A DNA stretch of 57,987 nucleotides, filler included, from Catajapyx aquilonaris (taxonomy: Eukaryota): the NCBI GenBank assembly GCA_000934665.2. It is 2 parts of 2 records of this genome, joined end to end, with 100 filler letters (N's around TTAATTAATTAA, not from the genome) between each part and the next. Parts side by side here need not be neighbours in the genome. Positions count along the whole stretch, not along the records: positions 1 to 28,873 come from KZ539235.1; positions 28,974 to 57,987 come from JYFJ02004858.1. The stretch is one strand, 5' to 3'. Within the stretch, counting starts at the first letter, position 1. The number at the start of each line of letters is the position of its first letter. Below, piece after piece: positions 26,030 to 39,117 of the stretch. Both the position numbers and the translations under genes were made by a program. Under the pieces are notes generated by a model, which saw nothing but the letters and a program-made list of their open reading frames with translations, made no database searches and was not told the DNA's origin.

Positions 26030-27534
26030 GAGGCATTCCACGTCTAGCGGGCCACCTTCCGACAAATCTTTGAGGACCTTGACCAAAATTTAGTGACATG
26101 TACTACTCATCGACCTATGCCGGAAGCCAAAATATTATATTATACCTCTGCGTTGCGTGGTTGCGTAACTACAGGGTGCGGAATCTACCAATTTATGCGG
26201 ATTTTTGCAACGCATGCAGTCACTTGGATTACCATAACTCCCAGAGGATAAGTGCAAATGCTAAACTTGATGTATGCGTTGGATACGTATTTTAACGCTC
26301 TATAAGATGGCCATACCGATGATTAAGAGAATCAAAAATTTAAAGTCAAAAATTGGCGCTCCAATTTTGATTTTGATTTTTATCAAACTTGGACGTGTTT
26401 GATTTTTTTTAAATTACTCTTAAAATGAAGCTGAACATGTCTGGCCGATATTTCCGAATTAACTCCCCGAGACCGAAATTGGTCTTTCTCGCTCTATAAG
26501 CCAAAACGCAAACCGTGTGCATGCACGTGGACCATCCAAGCGAATATCTATCGTTTACTGATCTGAAATAAATCATAAGTGCCTACGTCATGCGTATGCT
26601 AATATGACTGAACTCGCGCTCTCTAAGTACCGGGTACAGTGGGAGTATAATTTGACACCAAACACTGACATGATTAGATCTGTCCAATGCAGTACTAGTG
26701 TATTGCTCTTTGTTGGTCAACAATAATATTGCTCTCTGCGTTTTGCAGGGTTGAGACTGTTTTTTTGGTGTAGGTGGAGTGAATATAGTACGGTAAGGAA
26801 TGGTGTCGTGGATATAAGGATGTTATGTTCGACAAAAAACAGGAGAATGTGGGATGGGAAATTGATTGTCAAGGCCTCTACGGCCTTACTCCTCCCATCT
26901 GAAAAATAAGGCTTTTCCCTGGAAAATCTCCCTTCGCGTCCTCCTTTTCCTCACACAATATTATTATTCCACTTATTCCTTGTTCTTAACATATTGGCCC
27001 TGATAGCGAGAACGATGAATATACGCGGAAAGGCGGGTGCACGCCCATGCACACGGGATGCGTTTCGGCTTCTAGCGCGTGAAAGACCAATTTCGGTCTC
27101 GTAGAGTTTTCGGAAATATCGGCCAGACATTTCCAGCTTCATTTTAAGAGTCATTCAAAGAAAAATCAAAAACGTCCAAGTTCGAGAAAAATCAAAATCA
27201 AAATTGGAGCGCCAATTTTCGACTTTAAATTTTTGATTCTCTTAATCATCGGTATGGCCATCTTATAGAGCGTTAAAATACGTATCCAACGCATACATCA
27301 AGTTTAGCATTTGCACTTATCCTCTGGGAGGTATGGTAATCCAAGTGACTGCATGCGTTGCAAAAATCCGCATAAATTGGTAGATTCCGCACCCTGTAGT
27401 TACGCAACCACGCAAAGCAGAGGTATAATATTTTGGCTTCCGGCATAGGTCGATGAGTAGTACATTTCATTAAAATTTGGTCAAAGTCCTCGAAGATTTG
27501 TCGGAAAGGTGGCCCGCTTGACGTGGAATGCCTC
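26030..27534. mobile_element. Sola-like (probably Sola2) non-autonomous DNA transposon
   Basis: ~480-bp TIRs, GAG...CTC termini, 4-bp TSD ATAT; empty site present in copy A near 4450. Confidence 0.7.
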
Positions 27535-27718
27535 ATATTTATCCATGTTGATCTTTCATGTCTCATCACTACTCTTCTTTCACCCACTACCACCTGCCTG
27601 ACCTCTCCCAGTTTAGGATGGCCCTTTCTGACCCTTTAATGCTACCTTACAACTCCTGTAAACACAACTACTAGTCTGGCTGCCAAACAGGCACAACTCA
27701 CTTAGTGACTCAGACTAT

Positions 27719-28092
27719 ACTCCGACTACTATAAGAGTGAACCTTAACTGTACAAAAGAAATGGCCGGTTTCGGGAATACGATGTAGAGTAAAATGTTTT
27801 GATTTATCTGTACCTGCTTTTGTTGCCAGATCGGGGTGTTTTACCTGGTGGAATTTGGCGCCTGTAGGGACGTATTTGGGGCCCTTCACTTGAACCATTA
27901 TAATTAAGTACCATGCTAGGACCATTTACCACTTCATGCTATCGAATCTGATGTTAACCATTTTAAAATAATCCAAAAACAGGATTATAAGCTGCGAAGA
28001 ATTTCCATGTCTGGCCACCTTGCTCTGTTGACATTGCTATGGAAACGCGGAAGGATTTCCCAAAAGGTTCACTCTTATGGCAGTCGGAGAGT
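27719..28092. mobile_element. TA-target MITE
   Basis: TIRs CTCCGACT.C.ATAAGAGTGAACCTT; absent from copy A (CAGACTATACACAGCC at ~4631). Confidence 0.8.
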
Positions 28093-28767
28093 ATACACAG
28101 CCAAATAGAAGGGCCAATGTTGAGAATTCATTTTCATAAAGACTGGGCTTCCTTGAAGCCTGTGAAGATTGTGCAATAGGCTTTAGGGCAGAATTTTCTC
28201 CATCCATAGATACGTGATCTCTTCCTCTCCCTTGAAAAGTTTAAATAAAAAGACGTACAGTGTAGTGACCAAAAAGGCCCTACATTGTTAATGATAAGGG
28301 ATGTGGAGGTAATAATCTTTTCACTTCTATCATAATGATAATGAGCAGCATCGAAAATGAAGTGTTCACAGATAATAACCTTACTGACATCATGGTTAAA
28401 GGGTCTGCTGCTCCAAAGAAGGAAATAGCCCACAACAAAGAAAAGGACCACTGGTCACTATCAAACTGGACCTTGAGCAAGTGCTAGTGAAAAAGATTAC
28501 TTACGCTGGCAGCAGCCCTGCAGAGCTTTTCCCACCTGAGTCCACGGATGACTCGGGCTATCAGCTCTCTCTTGAACGGAACCGGGACCACCCGTACAAT
28601 ATCGGGCTGAAATTATTGTGAAGGGTCACATGAATCAAACAGCAAGCAAACTGTTGCCTATTGACACCCAGAAAACGCGGAGGTATCTCCACCTAGCGGC
28701 CAGCGTTGTAAGTTCTTGGGTGCTCGAATGGCTGTTGGCCATGGCAGGCAATGAGGATATGACACTC

Positions 28768-28873
28768 GGAAAAAGCCTAATACGAATTGTTGCGTGGTCG
28801 GGTGCCACCAGTCATACAGCCTAGGTGTGCCTGGAACTATGCTCTACACGTTTCCAGGAATGAGTAGCGCTCC
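28768..28873 (+). other. possible THAP zinc-finger N-terminal fragment, cut by the gap
   Basis: Reads RKKPNTNCCVVGCHQSY...LYTFP, resembling the THAP CxVxGC...FP start; no in-frame ATG upstream of the Cys motif; lies ~100 bp after duplication homology ends. Confidence 0.4.
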
Positions 28874-28973
28874 NNNNNNNNNNNNNNNNNNNNNNNNNNN
28901 NNNNNNNNNNNNNNNNNTTAATTAATTAANNNNNNNNNNNNNNNNNNNNNNNNNNNNNNNNNNNNNNNNNNNN
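28874..28973. other. artificial contig-joining spacer
   Basis: 44 N + TTAATTAATTAA (stop codons in all six frames) + 44 N. Confidence 0.95.
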
Positions 28974-29818
28974 TCGCAGAAGTTGGTATTGGCCAGCTCG
29001 CCCCATGTATAAACATAGGCTCAACACCCCTCCCCCTGCCCTCCGTTTCTAAGCGCAAGAACTACCTTAACGGCCTTTCATGATACGGCATTGAAAATCG
29101 CCGGAAGTAAAAAAAATTTGACTTCAAGATGGCGGCGTAACTTTGATTTTAATATTCCTCAACGTTGGCCATTTTTGAGATTTTTTGAATGGCACTCAAA
29201 ATGAACCTTGAAATGTGTGCTTCATATTTCCGAAGAGTTAAGGAGGAGCTTTTTGGAATCTCACCCGCTATAGAAGGCGAAAATGCAGCCGGCGCGCGTT
29301 TTCGACCTGTATACGCTGTCAGTTGGAGGACCATAACACCCAGAAGATCGGGTTAAATCTTAAACTTGATATGTGCATTGTAAATGTGTTTTCACGCTCT
29401 GTGAGATGGTTATCATCATCCTTATAAAATCAAAAAAATTTGGATCCAAAATGGCGGCCCAAATTATGTTTTTCGCATTCATCATTAATCTACCCAAACG
29501 ATTTGTTTTGAATGGCGTTTGAAATTGTACCGGAAATGTTTACTCGAGATTTCCGCAAAATCAGGAGCACATAAATACGATATATGCCAACCATAAGACA
29601 TTTTGTGCATGTATAAGGCCCTTCTGAGAAAGGAGTCGGTTTCACGATTTCTCGATAATTTTTATTGTCGTGTAAGAATGATTTTAAAAACTTTTCACGG
29701 GGTTAAATGATTAATTTGACATTTTTTGATCCAGAAATGATTTTAAAACAGCCAATTCAGTAATTGTTTAATTGTTATCTGCGCACAAGGAGAATACCCA
29801 CAAATACTGCATTTCGGA

Positions 29819-31180
29819 GTGTTCGATCCATCTGATGACGGTGGTGGAGGCATGGTGAATCTCTTCTTTCGAGACTACGATGTGAAGAAGATGAATGGAG
29901 GGGTTGTCAGAACTCGTTTCTATGCAGACATGGACGTACCAGCTGCGAGGAAGCAGAAGGAGGCCGAGGGTGAGTTTGTGATCGACCTGTACCCGAGAAT
30001 TGCAATATTTGCAGAACATGCCTTTGGTGCAGTAGTTGAGTACACTTCGGAGGAATTCAGAGTGGAGCTGGATTTTCGTTATCCCAACGGAACCTGGGGA
30101 GGGTTGGTGGGTAGTCTGGTGCAGAACAAGTCGGATGCCCTAGCGGTCATTCTCCCATCGCCAGAGTCCTATTCATTCATGAATATTCCCCAGGCATACT
30201 TGTTTGCTCATGGAACTGGTCTGACCAGAATCCCACGAGGCATCGTGACTTGGAAGGTGATCTTCACGCCTTACCCACTCTTGGTTTGGGTGTTGATGGC
30301 AGTAAGCTTAATCACACTGTTTATTTCCTCGTTTTACATATCCAAACGGAGACACACCTCCACGAGTACTCTTTCACCGTCACAATCAGTTGGCCTCGTA
30401 TTGCGCACCTTGGTGGAGCAGAATATTAATTTGACAGGAATTCATTACTCAATTACATTTGCAGCATGCATGCTCATGTTTGTCACCGTGATCATGACAG
30501 GATACAAGGCCAAACTAGTGTCCTTCCTCACGTGGCCACCCAGAGAATTTGTCCCGACCACTGGACAAGAAATAATCGATTACAATTGGGACTTGGAAGC
30601 CGATATGTTAAACTATCTCATCATAGGTCACTATGCAAAAGAAGCCAAAGATCCCCTTGTTACTGGAATATTTGAACGTTTGAATTTAATGGGAACTGTT
30701 CAAGAATGTCTGCGTAAAACAAGAAAGGAGGACGTTGTGTGCTTCGAGCTGAACTTTCTCCAGGATCGCGAAACTTATCTTCACACGAGCAGTGATGGGA
30801 CCCTGAACCTTCAGTACATCCAGGAAAAAATAGCAACAGTAGGGTATTCCTTCGTCGGAACTTCAAAAGGCCAAACCCAACTGTTTCACATTGCCAGAAG
30901 AGTTGTGGCCCTGGCTGTGGAGTGCAATATATTCTACACGGGCACCCAGCAGGAGAAGTACATGAACTTCCTCCGCAACCTGAGGAGGCTCCTAGAGGCG
31001 GAAGAGATCTCTGCCAAGACATACGTTCGAGATGAAGTGATGACAATGGACAAGTTGGGAGCCATCTTCAACATTTGGCTTCTTGGCATGTTGGGCTGTT
31101 TGTTTTTGATGGAAATAGTAAATTTCCATGGAATTAAATCTGGTCATACACAGCCGATCAATGTTGATCCCATGACATGA
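29819..31180 (+). CDS. divergent ionotropic receptor (IR, iGluR-related chemoreceptor); 5' end uncertain
   Basis: S1 motif YPNGTWGGLVGSL...D, pre-M1/M1 IFTPYPLLVW, pore region LVEQ, GYKAKLVSFLTWP, and C-terminal TM LGAIFNIWLLG; 453-codon uninterrupted ORF. Confidence 0.88.
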   Translation: MFDPSDDGGGGMVNLFFRDYDVKKMNGGVVRTRFYADMDVPAARKQKEAEGEFVIDLYPRIAIFAEHAFGAVVEYTSEEFRVELDFRYPNGTWGGLVGSLVQNKSDALAVILPSPESYSFMNIPQAYLFAHGTGLTRIPRGIVTWKVIFTPYPLLVWVLMAVSLITLFISSFYISKRRHTSTSTLSPSQSVGLVLRTLVEQNINLTGIHYSITFAACMLMFVTVIMTGYKAKLVSFLTWPPREFVPTTGQEIIDYNWDLEADMLNYLIIGHYAKEAKDPLVTGIFERLNLMGTVQECLRKTRKEDVVCFELNFLQDRETYLHTSSDGTLNLQYIQEKIATVGYSFVGTSKGQTQLFHIARRVVALAVECNIFYTGTQQEKYMNFLRNLRRLLEAEEISAKTYVRDEVMTMDKLGAIFNIWLLGMLGCLFLMEIVNFHGIKSGHTQPINVDPMT

Positions 31181-32166
31181 ATTTCAATGGCAATGTGTGG
31201 GATTGTGCTCTAATAAAAATTCGTTTGGTCTGTCCAATTCCCCTTGAAGATGCATAATAGTTTAGATATCTCACCTTTCCATTTGTAACCACCCAGACGA
31301 CTACTTCTCTCACGGTACTAATTATTATTATTAGGTAAATATGATACACTGCTTTTACTTTGCTTTTGTGTGACAGTGTTATTTGTAAAGTTTTTTTTCT
31401 TTAAAATATTGTACAGCTGTTCTGTGACACTCGTCATTAAAATGTCAAGCCTCGTAAGTGTTTTCATTATGATGGTCTTACAACAACAACTACAACAACA
31501 ACAACAACAACCTCTAGGCGTCTAGGGTAAGCAACCCAAAGACGGCCTTACATCAACTTCTTGCCACATTTAACAGGTTAGTTTTGTGCAATGAATTTTT
31601 GTATGGAAGTGTGCACATGCCCCAGTCATGGAGCACCAAAGTTTACAGCCGCAGTTGTGGATCACCCAGATAAAACTTTGTCTACGTAAGATTGACGCAA
31701 AAGGACATCAAATATGGAAAATTTGAAGCATTTATATATCCCTTCCCACTCAAAAAACCCGAAGTAATATTTCCACTGATTTGTATGCAAGGTTTTTACT
31801 TTCTACGTGTCTCTTAGCGAATCAGCTAAGAATAGCAAAATTGCGAGGCAAAAATCGGATGTGTCATGCTCACGCACTTTTCATGACTAAGTAGGTCTTG
31901 AATGGTACACATGTTGCGATCAGTCAACCTCAAAGGGATGTGAAAAAAAATCTCCACTTTTCTCACGGAAATTATTCCATTTATTGAGCCCTTTTAATTC
32001 ACTACGACTCCACTATTCCTCACAAGTTACTTCCGAACAAAAACAAATTACTGTAATTTGAAGATAATTAAGCATTACTGCACATAGTGTGTTATTAATT
32101 GCATCAAAAAAAAAAGAAAAAAAAGAAGAAATTCAAGGGTGTGAACTTGCAACATTGCAAAGAAAC

Positions 32167-33452
32167 TTAATCTTCCGAAAGTATAATGTCAGGACGGATC
32201 TCTCTCACCTTATCTGTCACAATGTTAACACTGTCTTCGACGCATTGATCCGTATCCAGCTTCATTACCTTGAGATTCTTGCAGCCTGTCAGGATTTTCT
32301 CAAAGGAATCCATGTAATCCTTGACCTTCCCACACTTCCTGAGGTCAAGTTCGGTCAAGCAGTGACAGTTCATAGCGACTGCATCGAGTGCATCGCCTTG
32401 AAACCTGTCAAAATTAATCATGGAAAAACTCTCAAGGCGGCTGGAAACTGGGTGGTTCAGAAGAGAAACGATCACGTCTTCTGTAGTTAACGGGCAGAAA
32501 CTTGGAGCTTTGATGTGAAGACTTCGAAGGTTGGGCAAGCCGCCTAACATTTCAGTGAGACGTTCAATGGTGTCCCGATAAGCGTAGTTGATCCTCAGTT
32601 CCACAACCTCATGACACTCTTGTAACAACGAGAAAGACTGCGGCAGGATGAGATGGGAGCTGATCTCAAGAACTCGGAGGTGACTAGCACTGCTCCTCAT
32701 CACCACTTCAGCATGCTGAAATGATTGGTACTTTGTCTGGCGGAACTCCTTCAGATTTTGATGCTGCCTGACTAGCGTATTGTCGACATCGATATCATCA
32801 TAGTCATAATCACAGAGGTGTAGTTTTTCCAGCTTGGCACATGGAGCAAATATGTCTATCACGTTCTTGGTGCGAGATCCTATTATATTGCAGTTGCAAA
32901 ATATGACCTCTCGCAACATGGGACACTTTAGGGTAATGTGTTCTAAAGGAACTTGCAAAATGAGCAGGTCCGTCAGCTGGAGTTTCTCCAACTTCGGACA
33001 GTTGTCGGCCGCTGCATCCAAAATATCGTTGTACACATGTCGGCCACCTTCATTCATCGGCAGCCCTTGGATAGCAAGTTCCTTCATGTACCCCTTACCT
33101 CTTAGCATCCCCGTAATCTCTTCAAGCGCCGGCATTCTAGAGCTCCAATTCAGTACCACTCTCCTCCATAGGGTTGGATAATCGCTCAGTCGTTTCCAGT
33201 CCATGCAAACCGGAGCCACACTCTCCATAACTTCCTGGTGACTCAGGTACGAAAATATTTGCAGCTTAACATGGTCCGGCAGCTTGGAAAACCGATCTTC
33301 ATTCTGTAGATGAGAGTATGCATATTAGAATCAGATCACATCATGTTTGTTCACTTAAATACCTTGGCTGCCCTAGCCGGCTCAGGTTTCTCCTTGTTAA
33401 ACTTCCTCTTTTTATTTGGAATGCCATCAGGAAGTGAGGAGCAGCCTGCCAT
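32167..33452 (-). CDS. F-box/LRR-repeat protein (exons 33452-33363 and 33303-32167)
   Basis: F-box FSKLPDHVKLQIFSYLSHQEVMESVAPVCMDWKRL followed by cysteine-containing LRRs (CPKLEKL, CPMLREV, CHCLTELDL); phase-0 GT-AG intron of 59 nt. Confidence 0.9.
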
Positions 33453-33525
33453 TGCTGCATCTTCATTTCCTGCAATTCGTACAAAAAAATATTCAGGTTA
33501 ATACTGTGTGCATCTATCATATTAA

Positions 33526-33526
33526 T

Positions 33527-33593
<67 letters not shown>

Positions 33594-33915
33594 GGCTGAT
33601 AGGCGTACCCCTAGGGGTTTTCAGCCAGACCTTTATTTTAACGTTGGTACAACTTTGGGAATCCTATTATTGAAGCGCCCGGGCCCACGGACAGGATGAG
33701 AGGAGGGGATGTGCAAGTGCAGTGCCTTGTCTGAAATGTGGTCGTTTTGTGAGCTCCCCAGGGTGGATTAGTCTAAGGAAATTCCACCCGAGACGAAGTC
33801 AGAGATGACTCATGAACTCTGCACGAGATGAAGGGGGTGTCCCCGGGTTGGGATCGAGCCTGGGACCTTAACATCTGTGGGCGCATAGGTTACCGCAGCA
33901 CCACTCCACCTCCCC
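33526..33915 (-). mobile_element. tRNA-derived SINE, family 3, with (TTA)n tail
   Basis: Head GGGGAGGTGGAGTGGTGCTGCGGTAA...GGCTCGATCCC; TSD CATCTATCATATTAA (33511-33525, 33916-33930). Confidence 0.85.
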
Positions 33916-36720
33916 CATCTATCATATTAAAATTATTGCGTTTCTTGGCCGAGCCCTCTGATTGGTCTGCCCCCATATTGTTGCCGTCATCGCTTCCTAT
34001 TGGCCCCCGTTCATTATTACTGCGACGTNCCCCCCCCTCGCAGCGGGTCGCTGGTTATTGAAAAATGGCCGCATGCACTGGTGGAGAAATTTAAGTTCGA
34101 AATTGGAACATATTACCATTGCTGATCGGACTGCTTTGGAACTACTGCGGAAATAGGCCTATACCCATGCGGTGCTTTCACAGATGGGAAGTACAGTACA
34201 CGGTCTTAGTTCGGTGTAGTGTCGGAAAGTGACTGCCGTTGAATGCGTAGAATCGATTGTAAGAAGGCGGGGCGTGCAAATCTCCCGCATTCGAATCAGC
34301 CTGGAATGCATATATTGTTGGTCTTCTAGTTGTGCCGTCTCACAGGTTGTTTACAGTCAGTAAAGGTTATTGAGTCGCCACAACTGCGCGCTGCCAATGA
34401 TAGAATCCAATTACACTGTACTACTCCCCATTTAATATTCAGGTGCGGATTATCCTCGCATCGTCATAATATAAACATTTAAATCCGAAAAAATGCGTCG
34501 AATTTTTGCCGCATTGCTAGATAGTGTATACTACTAACTTAGCAGTACCAGTTGCAACACTGGTACTGCAAAGTTAGCAGTGGTATGGCAATTCCACCCA
34601 ACATCGATATCAATATGTCTCGCCAACGAAAAAATATACCATACTTCTTCTCGAAGACAAAGTAAAAATCTATGGTAAGTTTTATTTTTTGGATTAAACC
34701 AAGCAGAATGATCTTCGTACAGTAGTACATCAACCACCTGTGAATAGCTCCCTTTCCAGGACCATTTCCCAATTATCTGGCAACACCCGTGCAGTCATTA
34801 GCTTGGATAATAATCGGGAGTACAGTGTACCTATGTGTGCAGACTGTAGGGTCTCCCAGCTGTATTGTTGCATAAACACTGGGTAAGCTCTGTTCGCCAC
34901 CTTGAATCACAGCCATCATTGGAACCACATATGGGAACTGTATTTTCAAATTGCGCACCCTTAACCCTTTCACAAGTTTTTGGCAGGTTTTTGGGCCGTC
35001 TCTTTCCTTCTTTTTGTTCAAAATTCGATGTAGGAGTGATATTAATGAATAACAACTTTGAGCCAAAATTAATCATTTAAATTCGTGGCGGTCCTTTTGA
35101 TTGTAAAATGCCGGAGAAGAATTCATATACAGGGTGTACCGCAAAATAAACTTTTTAGAATCGTCCGGCTCTCAGAAAGTCGATAGGCCTCACAAGTTTA
35201 CTCAGTGACTATGGTACATTGTTCTTATGGTTACATAATATTACCACAACACACTGTACTATGATAAACTCCCAAGGGTGCAGACTTTACGGGGTACCCT
35301 ATACTGAGGAAACATGTTTACATAAACGATCACGTGGGAGCAACGTGACCTTGGCATACACGACTCAACTTGGCGGGAACAGGGGGGGGAATCTGGAGTT
35401 GCTATGGTAGTTGAGTCACCATCCAAGAGATGGCAGGAGCATATTGAACCGGGTTTGACACTGAAAAGTTCGCCTTCTCTATGCACATCCTCGCGCGCCA
35501 AATTCAAAAACCCTCAGGGCATCATAATAATTATGATGTACTTAGCCGTCAAAGGGGTAATATAAGGAGGGGAGAGGGGAGTACGATGCGGATAATTGTT
35601 GGATGAGCCTACACCGCATGCCGCAGGCCTAGAAAAGAGCGAGTGAAGCGAGTGGTATTCTAGGCCTGCGCCGCCTGCGCCTTAGGAAAATGCGAGCGGA
35701 GCGAGGGTTTTCCTAGTTGTTGTTTAATAACCCCGCATACTTACCATTAACCACTATCGGCGAGTCGTTGCTTTCCCCTTGTGCATCCAACACTTCCGAA
35801 GCCGCATGAGTCGCTTTCGGCAGGTCCATCGAGCCAGCCAGTCGACACCACCGAGAAGATTGGAAGAGTCGACCGCCTCAAAAGACTGTGGCCAAAAATA
35901 TTATACGGGTTATACGGGTTTTTAAAAATTGCAAAATATTCCCAAATTTTTTCCTGTAAGTACTACTGATCGTTACAAATTGTTTTCATTGTTCTAGCAA
36001 CGTACGCCACTTCCAAAATAATCTAAGGTTAAATTATATTACATAAATGATTAATTAAACATGCCACTAAATGCATAAAATTATCAAGAATGAACTTTTA
36101 TGATGCTCTTGAGGCTTTTTTTTTTTAACAAACCAAGTGATGGAAAGCCTCTTTTATTACCAGTGTTACCTGCGACTAGCCCAACTTATTCCTGGAAACT
36201 GGAGGAATCAAGGGGAGGAAAATACTCTGGAAAAACCCGGAAAAATCTGAGGCGGAAAAAAATACGTGGAAAAATCGAACGCCGGTTGACGCCATCTTGG
36301 AAAAAAAAATTGCGGCCAAAATTTATAACCAAACTTTTTTTTATAAAAAAATAACGCTAATTACCACATATTTTAACTAAAAAAAATTATTAAGGTTTTA
36401 ATAATCCCTTAAATTTGATATAAACTAATTTAAAACATGAAAGTGGCGGGATCTGGCGGCCGTTTTTTTTTGGATACCGTATTCGTACGTATACGGTACT
36501 GTCATGTTGACAATTATTTTAGAGCATAAATATTTAACAATTAAAAAAAAAGTTGCTAGGGTTACTAATGTATGTTTGGAATAATTTATGTTCTTATAAA
36601 CGAATAATTTTTATTGACGCAACATCATTTACTGCATACGTCGGAAGGTAAATTACACAGTAATTATTGCGTCATGAACATTTTGTCGTCTAATTATTGT
36701 TTGCCCACAGAATGTAAACA

Positions 36721-37147
36721 ATGTCTAAGCAAAGGCACACCCAGCTTGTTGGTTATTACGACGAGGATCTAGAGAGGTTGAAGAAAGCGAACACAGCGAT
36801 AATGGAGAAGTACTCCAAGTTCACGAACGAGGAGCTTACGCCCAATCAGCGCACGATGTACGCGCTGTCAAAAGCTATGGAAAAGTTGTCACTTGAACCA
36901 TTTGGTGAACGCCCAGCCACACCGCCAGCCATAAAGGAGTACCCAAAGACTCACTGTAAGTACGATTAGATTACGCTCATGTTCCCGGTATGTAATGTAT
37001 GTGCGATTAGTCCTTGCACCGCTTGAGGACAAAATTAAGGCCAAACGTGAGACGGACATGCAGAGCCGGATTAACAAGAGGATGGAGCGTCAGAAGGAAG
37101 CGGACAGGCAGGAGAATGCCAGGAAGGCTGGGAAGAAGCAACAGTAA
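36721..37147 (+). CDS. small charged orphan protein, 123 aa (exons 36721-36955 and 37011-37147)
   Basis: ATG, 55-nt GT-AG intron that keeps the frame, TAA, nearby ATTAAA; no recognised domain. Confidence 0.65.
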
Positions 37148-37332
37148 GGTCATACCGGTACGACTTCATTTACAATTAAACAACATTTAATTTCTGTACA
37201 GAAAGGAGTTGGCAAAAGTTCTGCAAGACGCTCAGAAATGCATCCGCAAATGAGCCGGGAGCGTCGGAAGTACCTGATTTGTTTTGTACATTTCACAATA
37301 AATGGCTTGTACTTCAAAAGGCATGTTTGAAA

Positions 37333-38518
37333 TTACACGTACTCCAACAATTCGGCCATGTTCTCCTCCGGCACTTCCACAACTGCGGATCTGTTCGTAG
37401 CGTGAGCCAGCCTGGCCGCCAGCACATGCTTGCACATCGGGTACTCCCTCCGCTTCAGCACAGCGTACTTGTAGGCCATGCAAGCGCAGTAGTTGGCATA
37501 CGGAAGCACGTAGTACGACCCCTGGGTCGTGCCCCGTACTTTGAAGACCCTTCGATTGCTTCCAGGCGTCACCAGCATTGTCACTCCCTTGCGGTCAAGA
37601 AGGTCCAGCGCAGACAGCAGCGGTGCTCTGAAGACCGGGCTCAGAGCCAGCAGGACAGAGTTCGGCACTGGAATAAAAAATTTAGGCAAAGTTTGCTCGC
37701 TTGTTTGTCCATTTAATACATATATTTCATGCCCACTGCGTAAAAGGCAAAGTTTGTCTGTCTGTCCATTTCATACCCTTTTCATTGGATAAAAGGCAAG
37801 GTTTGTTTGTTTGTTTGTCCATTCCATGCCAATTTCATATATATATTGGGAAAAGGAAAGGTTTGTCTGTCTGTTTGTTTGCCCACTTCCGCTACGCATT
37901 TTATACCAATTTCATACCCATCGGATGAACCCACAATAGGTTTGGTCATTTCGTTTGTTTGTCCATTTCACGCTCAATGGGTAAAAGGCGAAGTTTGTCT
38001 GTTTGTCCACTTCCATATATACCAAATTTCATACCTGTTCATACCCATTCGATGAAGGCAAGGTTTGGTTGTTCGTTTGTTTGTCCAGTTCATACCAATT
38101 TCACGTCCGTTATAGGTATAGAAGCGAAGTTTGTTTGCGTGTTTGTCCATTCCGTGCCAATTTCATATCTATTGGTAAAAGGCAAGGTTTGTCTGTTTGT
38201 TTGTCCACATTCCAATCATTTTACACCAATTTTATGCCCATTGGAAATGTTTGTTTGTTTGTCCATTTCGTGCCGTGCCCATTTCATATATAGGATAAAG
38301 TTTGTCTGTTCGTCCAAGGTTTTTTTCTTTTCTTTCCTCTTTAAAATTAAATGACTAATTAATCCCAACCGAGACTTACGGTCGCCAGATGGTGACGCTT
38401 GGTTCCTGACCTCTTCGAAGAGCTGGTCGCAAACATCCCAAGTCGCCAATGTACCTGCAAATTATAATGAGAGTAGGTCATACACTCTGTACAGTGTCTA
38501 TTGGTTGGTACTTTCCAT
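37333..38518 (-). CDS. ZSWIM7: zinc finger SWIM domain protein 7 / SWS1 (Shu complex); exons 38518-38512, 38454-38380, 37667-37333
   Basis: ALDLLD...V and SWIM finger YCACMAY...MCKHVLA; splice phases are consistent; first micro-exon is inferred. Confidence 0.88.
37685..38320. repeat. degenerate ~50-60-bp minisatellite filling a ZSWIM7 intron
   Basis: Recurrent AAAGGCAAGGTTTGTCTGTTTGTTTGTCCATTTCATACC. Confidence 0.85.
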
Positions 38519-39117
38519 GAAATAATTATGGAAGTTACACAAACTTAACTGTGCCCATTCGAAGCCTGCATTTTTCGCCTTCCCAAAGAGAAAATAATAA
38601 TCGAACAGAAAAAAAAAGTCCGCCATATGCAAAATGATATCGATCGACAACTTATGAAGATCAATTTTTAAAAAAATCACTAATTAACAAAATTACATAC
38701 ACATAATTAGCCTTAATCGCTAATTAGCTATAGTCGCGTAGTAATTAATATTTTAAATATTGCACATTAAAAAAAACTATGCAAAAGACGATCCTACTAC
38801 TTATTAGTCGGTAGTATCACCTGTTGTCATATTTTCGCAGGAAATTTGTATGTAACTTGTAATCTCTAATTACAGCTTGTACTTGTAATAAAACAGTGCA
38901 CAGGTACAGTACATATGGTACACACTGTACGATGCCCAGTTCATATACAACACCTGTAAAGTAATTTAAGATTAGTTGATTTGCACTTAACCAGGTAGAG
39001 CATGAGGTTCATAATAATATATTACATTTTATATAATAATAATATATTACATTTTTGATATTATATTACAGTTTATATAATAATATATATACAATAGTTA
39101 CAGATTAAGTACGCAGC

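Larger units (their letters stand above)
24183..28659. repeat. ~2.2-kb duplicated segment, copy B, interrupted by three insertions
   Basis: Colinear with 3013-5263 once the inserts at 25642-27534 and ~27719-28092 are removed. Confidence 0.9.
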
